A stretch of 28,513 nucleotides of DNA, taken from IMG/VR virus record IMGVR_UViG_3300027690_000141. One strand, given 5' to 3'. A model generated the notes under the pieces. It ran no database searches. It saw only the letters and a program-made list of their open reading frames with translations, and was not told the DNA's origin. The stretch comes from a virus. Shown here piece by piece: positions 7,978 through 17,109 of this stretch (position 1 is its first letter; each line of letters starts with the position of its first letter). The translations under genes were made by a program, and so were the position numbers.

Positions 7978-8520
7978 TTAGTCTCGCATCGGACCCATTA
8001 AATTCTCACCCAAATCTTTTTCCGGATCAACCGTCGTTGGACACAACGCAATCAATTGGCTATGATCGGGATGCAAAGCCGCATATTCGTGACACGATAT
8101 CCACTTATCGCTCTTGCCTAAAACATAATCCAGTCTCTTAAAAAACAAATCCAAGACGCTCGGAGACTGATGCGGCAGATCCCCGCTCACATCGGTATAC
8201 CCTCCAGATGACGACTCAATGTACACATGGACTTTCGTTCCATTCTTTTCGGGCGTACAAGATATGTTCCAATGATACCAAACGTTCACCAAGAACTGAT
8301 ATGAATACCTGACTGCCTTTAACCCATGCGGCTGATGCACAAACTTATAACCTCTTCCCCTGTTCGGAATCTCGAACACCTTTTGGGCCGCACTAAGCAC
8401 CTCATCTTCGGAATGCTCATAGATCCTGGTACTCATCGCCAAATACTCTTCTCTGGTATAATGCGTTGGAGTGCAGCCAACCAAAAATAACCCGAGAGCA
8501 AAAAAAATTAGCTTTTTCAT
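7978..8520 (-). CDS. Lipoprotein
   Basis: MKKLIFFALGLFLVG-C lipobox. GGAGG RBS. Confidence 0.8.
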   Translation of the reverse strand: MKKLIFFALGLFLVGCTPTHYTREEYLAMSTRIYEHSEDEVLSAAQKVFEIPNRGRGYKFVHQPHGLKAVRYSYQFLVNVWYHWNISCTPEKNGTKVHVYIESSSGGYTDVSGDLPHQSPSVLDLFFKRLDYVLGKSDKWISCHEYAALHPDHSQLIALCPTTVDPEKDLGENLMGPMRD

Positions 8521-8553
8521 TTTTCGCCTCCCATGGATCAAAACCCAATAATC

Positions 8554-8997
8554 TTATAGATATGCCCTCATCGCCTCCACCACAAGCTGTTTCATGTTCT
8601 TGTTCTCCTGGTCGGCCCTCAAGCGCATGGCCACCTCCACGGACTTGGGAAATTCCACGGTCGATCGAAATTTCTCCTCTACAACTTCCTCATCCTCAAG
8701 AAATTCCTCAAACTCCTTCCAGCTCTTAAACGTCTTGCCCAGAAATTCCACTTTCGTGATCTTCGACTTCACCTCGCTCAGCACGCTCTTCGGATCGTAC
8801 TGCTTGAAATCCGACTTCTCCCAAAACTTAAACTTCCCGTGGTTGCTCGAGGCCACAAACTCAGAGCCAGGAACAGCCTTTAACACCAATTCTTCCTTGA
8901 ACCCCGACACCTCTATCCATACGTACTCCGGTTTTTTCCCATCGTAAAACGCCAACAACCTCTGCGACAGCACCCACGAATGTAAGTACAGCTTCAT
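8554..8997 (-). CDS. Hypothetical protein with a C-terminal ribbon-helix-helix domain
   Basis: C-terminus KFRSTVEFPKSVEVAMRLRADQENKNMKQLVVEAMRAYL fits the RHH pattern. GAGGAG RBS before ATG 8997. Confidence 0.7.
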   Translation of the reverse strand: MKLYLHSWVLSQRLLAFYDGKKPEYVWIEVSGFKEELVLKAVPGSEFVASSNHGKFKFWEKSDFKQYDPKSVLSEVKSKITKVEFLGKTFKSWKEFEEFLEDEEVVEEKFRSTVEFPKSVEVAMRLRADQENKNMKQLVVEAMRAYL

Positions 8998-9042
8998 CTC
9001 TTCGCTCTCCTCTGTGTGTTTTCCGCTAAACATAGCACTCTC

Positions 9043-11235
9043 CTAAAAAAGCGTCAACTGGTTTTCAGCAGTTTCTATCGTCCGCTTTCTTCTTGATTTT
9101 CCTTCCATTTTCACCTGATAGAGCTTCTCGAACAGCTCCGGATTGAACAGCCGCTTGATCTCTTTAACAGGCCTTCTCAGTACCGCGCTGAGATCAGGGA
9201 CATCCATAAATCCCTCCAGGGAATCAATCAGCAAATCCTTCTCGGCGCCCCTCACTTCCTTCTGCTGCACTCCCCGCCATATACTGTCAATGCTCTCGCC
9301 AATCTGCACATTGTTTGCAATATTCCTCGCCAGCTCATAATACAGATTATCGTCGCCGACGTTGTACGTCGCCAGCCCGTCCTCTCCCAAATCCCCCTCA
9401 ATCACCAGGCTCGTTTTCATCTTGAGAGCTATCAGTTTCAGCGCCTGCTCCTGCATCGTGCCGGCGTAAATCAGATAATACACCTTCACAGGCTTATCCT
9501 GCCCGATCCTCCATGACCTCCTCGACGCCTGTCGGAGCGAATACACCGAATATTCCGGCTCGTAGAAAACCATCGCGGGAAACATAACAAGATCCAGGCC
9601 TGTCTGCACAAGTCTCGGATTGGTAATCAAACACTCTAAGTCTCCAGCATGCTCCTCTATCCAGTTCTCCCGCTTCTCAGACGGCACGCTCGGCCTCAAA
9701 ATCTCCACTCGAATTCCCTCTTTTTTAAGCGCTTCCTCCAGACGCCCCGTTACATCTCTTCTCTGCGTATGCGTACAGTAGACCAGCACCTTCCGGCCCC
9801 CCTCTCTTTCAGCCTTCACAATCTCAATCAACTTCTCTTCCTTCGGATACAGCACCCCCTGATCAAGCGCTGGAGCATACGCCACCGCGTCGCCTCGCTT
9901 GTTATAGACAGTCTCCTCCACCGTACACCTGTCGGGATACGTCAAAAGCGCCTGCAGATAGATCGCAAGAAGGGATTTGCTTCCAGCTTTAAGCTCCTCG
10001 AGCAACGCGCTCCGCAGTTCATTGAAAAAACCCCGATACGCCTCAGCCTGAGCATCAGCCATTTCAACGCCGACAATCTCCTCTTCCAGCGGCGGCAGAT
10101 CAATCGCTATATCACTCAACCGGATAAAAACGGTCTTATCCAGCAAATACTTCGGCAATATCACCGGCGATATCCCCGGCTTCTCCCGGGGCGCATAATA
10201 ATACCGCTTTCCCCTGCTCGACACGTTTTCGCTATAATCGTCGGACTCATACTTCACTACTTTTTCCCAAATTCCGTAGTGATCAATCCACTTAGACACT
10301 TGAGAATGTCCATAGCTGCCCTTGAACGTCTTTGCCAGTCGGTACAAGAGGAAGAATAACGTCGAACTGTACCCGCCGAAAAGCGTCCCCGTCAAAGCCA
10401 CTGATTTCTTACAAACACCGGCCAACTGTCCGGCCGCATAGCCCTGGGCCGAACTGCGGGCCTTATACTCATGGGCTTCATCCACAACCAACAAATCGAA
10501 AAACCCTTTCCGCCTCTTCTTGATGTACTCCGCAATCGAATACCTTCGGGGTCCTTCGCGTTTCGCCTGCCACAGCGCTCCACCACAACTCCGACACCAC
10601 GTTTTCTTGCCCTTCAAATCCTCAGCCGCTACCGGGATACCCTCACTGTCCAAAATCGGTTTTCCACAGCCCGGGCACACCACATACTGAACCCTCACCT
10701 TGTTCCCATTCCCGGTCTCTACAAGACTGTTTCTCATTCCATAAGCAGCTTCCCACTGATACGATAACTTAGCCCTTTCACGGCCAACTATGTAAAAATG
10801 AGCATTCCCGTTGCCTGTAACGCCCGCGGCTTTATCCACATCGGAAAACCTCTTCAAATGATGACACTGTACCGCGCCATCCGGTAGTGTCACCATGATC
10901 TCCCGCTCCCATTTCTTGACCAGGTGGGGAGGACAGACCACAAGCACCTTTTTGAATCCACACACGTACACCGCTATAATCGCCACGATCGTTTTCCCGA
11001 CGCCCATCTCACCCACCACGACACCGGAATCCTCCTTTGAAAAAAGCTCCGCCAGCGCACAAATGCCATCCAGCTGCGCCAAGTACGGACGTCTTTTCAG
11101 CTTTGTTATCGCCTCCACATATTTACGCCTGTATTCAAATTTATACACTGGAGGATAATTCTCAACAACAGACGCAGCTATTTCCTCTTTGTAATTATCC
11201 AAAAACTCAGTTAAACCTACATTTACCTCTTCCAT
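9043..11235 (-). CDS. SNF2-related SF2 helicase of the type found in mobile elements
   Basis: Walker A GEMGVGKT, motif Ia VVCPPHL, DEAH, LTGT, TGLDL, QASRRSWRIGQ. Inserted CPGC...CRSC zinc ribbon. Confidence 0.92.
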   Translation of the reverse strand: MEEVNVGLTEFLDNYKEEIAASVVENYPPVYKFEYRRKYVEAITKLKRRPYLAQLDGICALAELFSKEDSGVVVGEMGVGKTIVAIIAVYVCGFKKVLVVCPPHLVKKWEREIMVTLPDGAVQCHHLKRFSDVDKAAGVTGNGNAHFYIVGRERAKLSYQWEAAYGMRNSLVETGNGNKVRVQYVVCPGCGKPILDSEGIPVAAEDLKGKKTWCRSCGGALWQAKREGPRRYSIAEYIKKRRKGFFDLLVVDEAHEYKARSSAQGYAAGQLAGVCKKSVALTGTLFGGYSSTLFFLLYRLAKTFKGSYGHSQVSKWIDHYGIWEKVVKYESDDYSENVSSRGKRYYYAPREKPGISPVILPKYLLDKTVFIRLSDIAIDLPPLEEEIVGVEMADAQAEAYRGFFNELRSALLEELKAGSKSLLAIYLQALLTYPDRCTVEETVYNKRGDAVAYAPALDQGVLYPKEEKLIEIVKAEREGGRKVLVYCTHTQRRDVTGRLEEALKKEGIRVEILRPSVPSEKRENWIEEHAGDLECLITNPRLVQTGLDLVMFPAMVFYEPEYSVYSLRQASRRSWRIGQDKPVKVYYLIYAGTMQEQALKLIALKMKTSLVIEGDLGEDGLATYNVGDDNLYYELARNIANNVQIGESIDSIWRGVQQKEVRGAEKDLLIDSLEGFMDVPDLSAVLRRPVKEIKRLFNPELFEKLYQVKMEGKSRRKRTIETAENQLTLF

Positions 11236-11238
11236 TGT

Positions 11239-11913
11239 TCACCTAACATGCTTTCGAAATTCCCTCTTTACTATTCCACGAACCAACCGAATCGACACAC
11301 CATATTCATTCGCTAACATCTGAACTGACTCATCTTGCTCTTCATGCCTTTTTCTGATCTCAGCGACTTGAAAATCCAGCAATTTCTTCCACTGCCTCCC
11401 TTTCTTGACCATATCGTACATATTGTCATTCTGTGTTCCGATAGACAAATGATTTGGATTCACGCACTTCCTGTTATCACACTTATGTAAGATATCTAAT
11501 CCTTCTGGTATTTCACCATTCACTAATTTCCATGCCACACGATGAGCTGGTTGCCACAATCCATCTAATCTGAACATTCCATACCCCAACCTCATACAAG
11601 AACCCGCCCATTCCCAGCAACCCTTTGTTTTCTTTACCTTCTCCCAAAAACGCTGTTCAATGTTCTTCTTTTCGACAATTTTCAAATGTTTAACATTAAC
11701 GCACCGTCTGTTCTCACATATTTGCACTATAAAAACATCGCTTGGAATTCGCCCGCACATCAATTCCCACGCAACGCGATGTGCAAGCGACGTTTTCCCC
11801 TTATAACGAAATTGCCCATAACCTGCAGCAAGTCGACAACCTGTCCACTCCCAACATCCATCAGGATCGACAGGCTTCTTCACTTTACTCCAGAACCTTG
11901 TCTCGACATCCAT
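11239..11913 (-). CDS. HNH endonuclease with two tandem HNH modules (HNH-1)
   Basis: Two RFWxKV...CWEW.G...GYG.F...AHRVAW...CxNRxCVNxxHL repeats plus a C-terminal HTH-like segment. TGATG overlap with the upstream gene. Confidence 0.9.
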   Translation of the reverse strand: MDVETRFWSKVKKPVDPDGCWEWTGCRLAAGYGQFRYKGKTSLAHRVAWELMCGRIPSDVFIVQICENRRCVNVKHLKIVEKKNIEQRFWEKVKKTKGCWEWAGSCMRLGYGMFRLDGLWQPAHRVAWKLVNGEIPEGLDILHKCDNRKCVNPNHLSIGTQNDNMYDMVKKGRQWKKLLDFQVAEIRKRHEEQDESVQMLANEYGVSIRLVRGIVKREFRKHVR

Positions 11914-12284
11914 CACCAAAAATCTCCGATCGCGTCCTCTCTACGCTCATCTATCGATCTCCATCCCTGGGCTTCACGGATCTTATCGACCTCTTTTGCC
12001 TTTCGCACCTTCCAGTGTTTATCGGTTTCCACTTCGAAAGCACCAAACACTTTCAACTCCTTCAACTCCTCGAATGAAACATATCCCCATTCCGCGTTCA
12101 GGTAATCCGCGTTGAGAATCGCGAAGCCAAAGAACAGATCATCACCGTCGTACTCCACGACATACCAGTCGCATCCGAGCAGAAAAAAATGAAGATACAC
12201 CATCTTCTCTTCAACCGGCACTTTCTCCGTCTTGTACAGTTTGGGAATCTGCCCCAGCTGTTCTCTCGTCGGCTCGTTCCACAT
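11913..12284 (-). CDS. DUF2958-like protein
   Basis: IPKLYKTE...HFF...DWYVVEYDGDDLFFGFAIL...AEWGYVSFEEL. Confidence 0.8.
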   Translation of the reverse strand: MWNEPTREQLGQIPKLYKTEKVPVEEKMVYLHFFLLGCDWYVVEYDGDDLFFGFAILNADYLNAEWGYVSFEELKELKVFGAFEVETDKHWKVRKAKEVDKIREAQGWRSIDERREDAIGDFW

Positions 12285-12510
12285 CTTGCCCCTCCCTCAC
12301 CTCCACATGGACGTCCACAATCGCGTCCAACATATAAAGATCAGCCCACCTTGCTCCACACTCAATGCAATGAATATTCTGCCAGGCTCCTCCACAATCG
12401 ACCTCTACAAAACCACCCTCAATATCATCGCTCTGACAGACCGGACAGTGATCAGGCGACCGCAGGTACTTTTCCTTCTGTTCCTCCGTTAACTCGTACG
12501 CCCTTTCCAT
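12211..12510 (-). CDS. Zinc-ribbon mini-protein
   Basis: CPVCQSDDI...CIECGARWADLY. Confidence 0.7.
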   Translation of the reverse strand: MERAYELTEEQKEKYLRSPDHCPVCQSDDIEGGFVEVDCGGAWQNIHCIECGARWADLYMLDAIVDVHVEVREGQDVERADERTAGADSQTVQDGESAG

Positions 12511-12982
12511 CTAAAGCCTCCTTCAATTCCTCAATCTTCAAAATCTCTGTACATACTTTGATTGACGTGTGCTTCACATAACACCGCCACTCGATTTCTC
12601 CGGGCCAAGAACCAAAAAGCCTTATCACATCGCACTCGCTATCCATCAGGCTTCTATCGTTCCCCAAATAATCCTTGAGCGGCTCGGGCAATTCATCCAC
12701 GAACACATGACCAGACGTTTCTGTTTCCTCGCGCAATTTCTCGAAAACAGATTCAAGATCCTCATCGTCAACCCACGGACTGCAAGGATATTTGAAATAC
12801 ATCACCGAACAATCCCAGAACTCCGCACACCACAAATCCTGCTTCGATGTCCTCAGCTCTTTTACAATCCAATCATATCCTTCCAGCTTTTCCACCAGCC
12901 TTTTGTCAATCTCAAATACTCCGAACTCAGCCCAAAGATTCCATTCATCATCATCACGCGTCTTCACTATGCAATACGGCAT
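12452..12982 (-). CDS. Acidic hypothetical protein
   Basis: 176 aa ORF with AGGAGG RBS, co-oriented in the operon. Confidence 0.7.
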   Translation of the reverse strand: MPYCIVKTRDDDEWNLWAEFGVFEIDKRLVEKLEGYDWIVKELRTSKQDLWCAEFWDCSVMYFKYPCSPWVDDEDLESVFEKLREETETSGHVFVDELPEPLKDYLGNDRSLMDSECDVIRLFGSWPGEIEWRCYVKHTSIKVCTEILKIEELKEALDGKGVRVNGGTEGKVPAVA

Positions 12983-12983
12983 C

Positions 12984-13220
12984 TCAACCTCCTATCTTGC
13001 CTTTATCATACTCCCCTTTTCGTTCATCGTCGCCCTCCTGGTCAGCACTCTTAGATTCCATAACATACTTCAAATGCTTCCCGGCAACGGCGATTTCTGC
13101 CAGAGCATCTTCGGCAAAACTCCGCGGCATGTCCGGATTTAAAAGAACTTCTAAATCGCGTCCAGCGGCCTCTACATGCTCAAGCGCCAACTTGAGAATG
13201 TACTTCTCCGAACGATTCAT
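12984..13220 (-). CDS. Hypothetical protein
   Basis: 78 aa with RBS, abutting neighbouring genes. Confidence 0.6.
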   Translation of the reverse strand: MNRSEKYILKLALEHVEAAGRDLEVLLNPDMPRSFAEDALAEIAVAGKHLKYVMESKSADQEGDDERKGEYDKGKIGG

Positions 13221-13380
13221 CGCTTCCCTCTCCCTTCTTGATCAGCCCTTGGCCTTTACACTTCGGGCAAATCTCGTCCTCAACCACTCCCGAGGTCCCA
13301 CAGTTCGGGCACTCTTCATACCCGTGCTTCCCCGGATTCATCCATATCCCGATTGATAAAACGTCGTTCAGCGTCTTCAT
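13180..13380 (-). CDS. DnaJ-type zinc-finger mini-protein
   Basis: CPNCGTSG and CPKCKGQG (CxxCxGxG-like). Start position uncertain. Confidence 0.6.
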   Translation of the reverse strand: MKTLNDVLSIGIWMNPGKHGYEECPNCGTSGVVEDEICPKCKGQGLIKKGEGSDESFGEVHSQVGA

Positions 13381-13768
13381 CCCTCAGCCTCTTCCTCATC
13401 ACCTCTCGGTCTTTCTTCGCAAACTTTTCCAGTAACGGCCATAGGTCTTCCAGTTTCTCGAATTCCTCGTATGCCTCAGTCGGAACATCCCCCCAGCTCA
13501 TTCCTCCTGTAACCAAATACCAAACATCATCCAGATACAAATAACTCACGTCTCTTCGAGCATCCAGGTACCAATACGCCTCTATAGCCGCTATCATAAT
13601 CTCCTTGCACACCTGCGGATCTTGATCTTCAGCATCATATCCAAACCAACCACCAAAATATGGTTCCTCTCCAAATGCCTTCTCTTCCACCGCCCAGACC
13701 AGCTCAATCATTCGATCCCTACTCGGATTACACCAAGGCAGAGCGGTGCACATAAAATCAGCCCCCAT
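13316..13768 (-). CDS. Hypothetical protein
   Basis: AAGGAGG RBS before ATG 13768. Contains YLVTGGMSWGDVPT. Confidence 0.7.
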   Translation of the reverse strand: MGADFMCTALPWCNPSRDRMIELVWAVEEKAFGEEPYFGGWFGYDAEDQDPQVCKEIMIAAIEAYWYLDARRDVSYLYLDDVWYLVTGGMSWGDVPTEAYEEFEKLEDLWPLLEKFAKKDREVMRKRLRDEDAERRFINRDMDESGEARV

Positions 13769-13784
13769 CTTTGCTTCCTCCTTC

Positions 13785-14798
13785 TCACTCAACGTTCATA
13801 AAAACTCCGGTATCCAAATCGACCGCTTTTATTCCAATCTTAATCGTATCCGTCGTCGTCTCGATCACCGTCTTATTTGCATACTCGGTCTTTGTCACCG
13901 GCTCCTTCCTCACCACACCCTTGATCAGAAGCCTCCTGCCGTTCTTTCTCAGCACGCTATCGCACAACCCACACGCCACCAAAATGGCAAGATGCCCTTT
14001 CCGAAGCGGCATCAGGATCTTGCCCTTCACCTTCGTCTCCGGGGGCTCCATCAGATCCTCAACATGCTTCCATACACCGAACTCGTCTACCTCCTTCAGC
14101 ACCTCGTCAAAATCGATCTCCAGGCTCCTCAGGTAAAACGACTTCTCGTCCACCAGGTTCCCGGGAACCACATAAACAGGATCTGTCTTGTACTCCAGTT
14201 CTTTCAGCTCCGCATATGGCACGCTTCTCAGCTTGACTTCGGCTCCCTCATCCAGATGCGATTCCGTCTTTTTCACCGCAAACAACACAACCTGTTTGAA
14301 TCGCTCGTAACTGTCACCCGGGAACTTATAGACCAGGAACTTCTCGTACTGGGAAGCCAGATACCGGGCCGTCCGCTTGGAAATCGTGCTCTTCGAGACG
14401 ATATAAACCAGCACGCCACCAGGTCTTAGGTAAGGACTGCTTTCAACCAGGAACTTATGCTCCAACCGCACCCTCTCTCCATCACTGTAATCATAAGGCG
14501 GATTGACGAACAACAAGCTGTAAGCGCCTTTCTTGCTCCGCACCCGGAACAAGTCTCCCTTCACTGCCTGCTCAAGCACCTCCTTTGCTGCCTCAGCCCT
14601 CTCCTTCTCAAGCTCCACTCCGAATAACCTTGCCTGCAATCCGTCTGTAGCCCTTACTATAGCTGCACCGGTTCCACAGCACGGATCCAACACTCTCGCC
14701 CCCAGCTCCTCGGCTTTCAGAAAGCTACAGATCATATCCGCTACGTCGGTCGGCGTAGCGTAATAACCTGCTTTACTTTGGCTTGCCAGTCGTGCCAT
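13785..14798 (-). CDS. Amino (N6A-type) DNA methyltransferase, DUF6094-like
   Basis: MARLASQSKAGYYATP, motif I VLDPCCGTG, GVELE, motif IV NPPY (gamma order), C-terminal LMPLRKGHLA. Confidence 0.9.
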   Translation of the reverse strand: MARLASQSKAGYYATPTDVADMICSFLKAEELGARVLDPCCGTGAAIVRATDGLQARLFGVELEKERAEAAKEVLEQAVKGDLFRVRSKKGAYSLLFVNPPYDYSDGERVRLEHKFLVESSPYLRPGGVLVYIVSKSTISKRTARYLASQYEKFLVYKFPGDSYERFKQVVLFAVKKTESHLDEGAEVKLRSVPYAELKELEYKTDPVYVVPGNLVDEKSFYLRSLEIDFDEVLKEVDEFGVWKHVEDLMEPPETKVKGKILMPLRKGHLAILVACGLCDSVLRKNGRRLLIKGVVRKEPVTKTEYANKTVIETTTDTIKIGIKAVDLDTGVFMNVE

Positions 14799-15460
14799 TA
14801 AACATGTCTCCAGGTCTTTTTACGTACTATTCTCCAGATTGTGGACGGACTTACCATGTACTCACACGCCAATTTCTTTAACCCTATTCTGTTTTTATAC
14901 CTTGCCCTAATCTCACTCACTTCCTTCGAGTTAAGTTTCGCTCCTGGCCTCGCTCCTCTTCCCTTTATCGCCATATCTTTCATGTTATCTGAATGTGTTC
15001 CCAAAAACAAATGCTCAACATTCACACACAATGGATTATCACACTTATGCAACACAAACATTCCCTCTGCAATTTTGCCATACATTAACAACCACGCGAC
15101 CCTGTGAGCGTACCTCTGTCTTCCCTTGTATTGACAACATCCATAACCTTTATCATTACAACCTCCTTGCCATTCCCAACAGCCATTGTTTCTTTTTATC
15201 ACATTGTCCCAAAAAGGCTTTTGTTGCTTTTCTAGGCAAAGATGATCTGGATTAACGCAATGATAATTTTCACAAGTATGATATAATATTTTCTCCACAC
15301 CTATTGCGCCGTACCTTAAACTCCATGCTACACGGTGCGCCCTCACATACTTCCGATTTAACCAAAACAGTCCATATCCTTTTGCATCTCTATTGGCTTT
15401 CCACAACCAACAGCCGTCAGCATCATCCGATTTTTCAACCTTATCCCAAAATCGCTTCAT
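14798..15460 (-). CDS. HNH endonuclease with two tandem HNH modules (HNH-2)
   Basis: RFWDKV...CWLW...AHRVAW...HTCENYHCVNPDHL and FWDNV...CWEW...AHRVAW...LHKCDNPLCVNVEHL, plus a C-terminal HTH. Overlaps both neighbours (ATGA, TAATG). Confidence 0.9.
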   Translation of the reverse strand: MKRFWDKVEKSDDADGCWLWKANRDAKGYGLFWLNRKYVRAHRVAWSLRYGAIGVEKILYHTCENYHCVNPDHLCLEKQQKPFWDNVIKRNNGCWEWQGGCNDKGYGCCQYKGRQRYAHRVAWLLMYGKIAEGMFVLHKCDNPLCVNVEHLFLGTHSDNMKDMAIKGRGARPGAKLNSKEVSEIRARYKNRIGLKKLACEYMVSPSTIWRIVRKKTWRHV

Positions 15461-16029
15461 TTTGATTCCTCTACCTCTACTCCAGGTATCCTCCCGCTCT
15501 TAATCCCTTCCGAAACCAGCTCGGCCAATTCCTCGTTATCAAGCCTCACCTTGTAGCCGACCATCCTGTAGCCTTCCAGCCGCGTCATCCAGCCGTTCTT
15601 CATAAACTCGTCCCACAGCCAAAACGACCACTTCTGATGCAGAGGAATCTCCGATCGACACACCAAATTCCCGAACAACAGATGCACAGGATTCTCGATA
15701 TCCCGGTTGATAATCACGAACTCCTGCTCTTCCGAAAACAACGCCGCCTCAAGCACAACAACCATGCTCAGCAATCCGGAGGGCAATCTCTTGGTCATCA
15801 TCCTGTACTTCCCCATCCCCCCGCTACCCTTGAAGCCACGCTTTCTCCAGAAATGAACCGACACCCCGCCATGGGCTATCTGGATATCCTCACCGCTCAA
15901 AAACCTCGCGCTCACCGCCTTTACTGCGCCCACGTTCCCGAATAGCGAGACGCAGTAAAGCTCGCTATACTCTGCCAGCCAGCCATCGACGTATGCTTTG
16001 AATCCACCCGACTCGCAGTAAACGCTCAT
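15457..16029 (-). CDS. Hypothetical protein upstream of the MTase
   Basis: Start at ATG 16029 (ATGA overlap with the upstream stop). Contains IPLHQKWSFWLW. Confidence 0.75.
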   Translation of the reverse strand: MSVYCESGGFKAYVDGWLAEYSELYCVSLFGNVGAVKAVSARFLSGEDIQIAHGGVSVHFWRKRGFKGSGGMGKYRMMTKRLPSGLLSMVVVLEAALFSEEQEFVIINRDIENPVHLLFGNLVCRSEIPLHQKWSFWLWDEFMKNGWMTRLEGYRMVGYKVRLDNEELAELVSEGIKSGRIPGVEVEESK

Positions 16030-16367
16030 TTCACTTGTCTCACCCTGACGCTCATATTGAAATCCATGTTGCTCCACATTCCAAAAAACCTTCTCCCAGC
16101 GTATTGAAAATACACGGCGCGCCTCCGATCCCCCATGTTTGACTTCCACACTCTTCCAAACCGCGCCGGGATCTTTATCGTGCCGTGCCAGTTCATTACC
16201 GCCTTTTCTTTCTCACAGACATACATGACCCCGCCCAGTTTCCCTTGCTTGTTTTGTCCGATGAAAGCGCCCCCGGACTCAAACTCCCTTCCCTGGAATT
16301 CCAATACGCAGTTCCGGTCCATGAACGTGCCTTCCACCTCTCCAAGCAAAACCTTATCTCCCTTCAC
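16026..16367 (-). CDS. Hypothetical protein
   Basis: 113 aa, GAGGAG RBS, coupled to the downstream gene. Confidence 0.7.
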   Translation of the reverse strand: MKGDKVLLGEVEGTFMDRNCVLEFQGREFESGGAFIGQNKQGKLGGVMYVCEKEKAVMNWHGTIKIPARFGRVWKSNMGDRRRAVYFQYAGRRFFGMWSNMDFNMSVRVRQVK

Positions 16368-16380
16368 CCCGGTCTCCTCT

Positions 16381-16815
16381 CTACGCCTTGGCCGGCGCCC
16401 TGCAATCAGACATGTTTAGCCTGAACGATTTCACGATTCGCTTCACTACCTGGGACAAAAGCGTTTTGATTTCATCCGTCTTATTTTTCGCAGCAAGCGG
16501 GTACAACAGCTCCAGATCACTAACCTGACCGAAATTGAAAATCCTCAGCCCACGCGACTCGCAAAGTTCCTGGGCTTTCCGATACCCGGCACCGCCCTCG
16601 CCGCCGTAATCATGTCGGAAGCCATCTCCGGTAAACACAGCAACCCCTGCATCCGCATCGATCACGAAAAACCCGCATCTTATGTCGCCAACATCGACCT
16701 GAACCACCGCCAGCCGGTGTTGATCCCGGTAATCCAGGCTATCCTGCAGCACAGCCAGCGACGGCTTTGTCGTACCAAACGTTTCAATATCGAAAGCAAC
16801 ACGCTCAATTTTCAT
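16381..16815 (-). CDS. Hypothetical protein
   Basis: AAGGAGG RBS before ATG 16815. Contains RCGFFVID...FTGDGFRHDYGGEGGAGY. Confidence 0.7.
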   Translation of the reverse strand: MKIERVAFDIETFGTTKPSLAVLQDSLDYRDQHRLAVVQVDVGDIRCGFFVIDADAGVAVFTGDGFRHDYGGEGGAGYRKAQELCESRGLRIFNFGQVSDLELLYPLAAKNKTDEIKTLLSQVVKRIVKSFRLNMSDCRAPAKA

Positions 16816-16826
16816 GCAGCACCTCC

Positions 16827-17033
16827 TTACCCGATCTGCATAACTCCACCGCACTTCTTGCAGTGAACATGATGCTTGTATATCCCGCAACTACACACAC
16901 CATCCTCGGGATAGCAGAAAAACTCCCCTCCATCTGCGCACATGCACCACTCCGACTTGAGAAACCCTTTCTCCGCTCGAATTCCCTTTATGCTCTCTAA
17001 CGTTTCCCTCACAACAATTCGAAGCTCGTCCAC
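16827..17033 (-). CDS. Cys/His-rich mini-protein
   Basis: WCMC...CSCGIYKHHVHCKKCGG. First gene after partial cassette D. Confidence 0.7.
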   Translation of the reverse strand: MDELRIVVRETLESIKGIRAEKGFLKSEWCMCADGGEFFCYPEDGVCSCGIYKHHVHCKKCGGVMQIG

Positions 17034-17054
17034 TTTCTGCTCCCCTGCATTATC

Positions 17055-17097
17055 ATGTGTTTTATGTTTATTGTTTCACAGAAAACACATATATCAA
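17055..17097 (-). promoter_or_regulatory. Partial promoter cassette, copy D
   Basis: TTGATA-N16-AACAAT preceded by TG-n. Heptads TGTGTTT-TATGTTT-ATTGTTT 17056-17076. Inverted repeat ATGTGTTTT (17055-17063) / AAAACACAT (17082-17090). Confidence 0.65.
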
Positions 17098-17109
17098 GTG
17101 AAAAATTTT

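Noticed and set aside
13785-15460. MTase plus HNH as a classical type II restriction-modification pair
   Set aside because: The HNH resembles phage homing-type enzymes and has a paralogue next to the helicase. Not excluded, but less likely.
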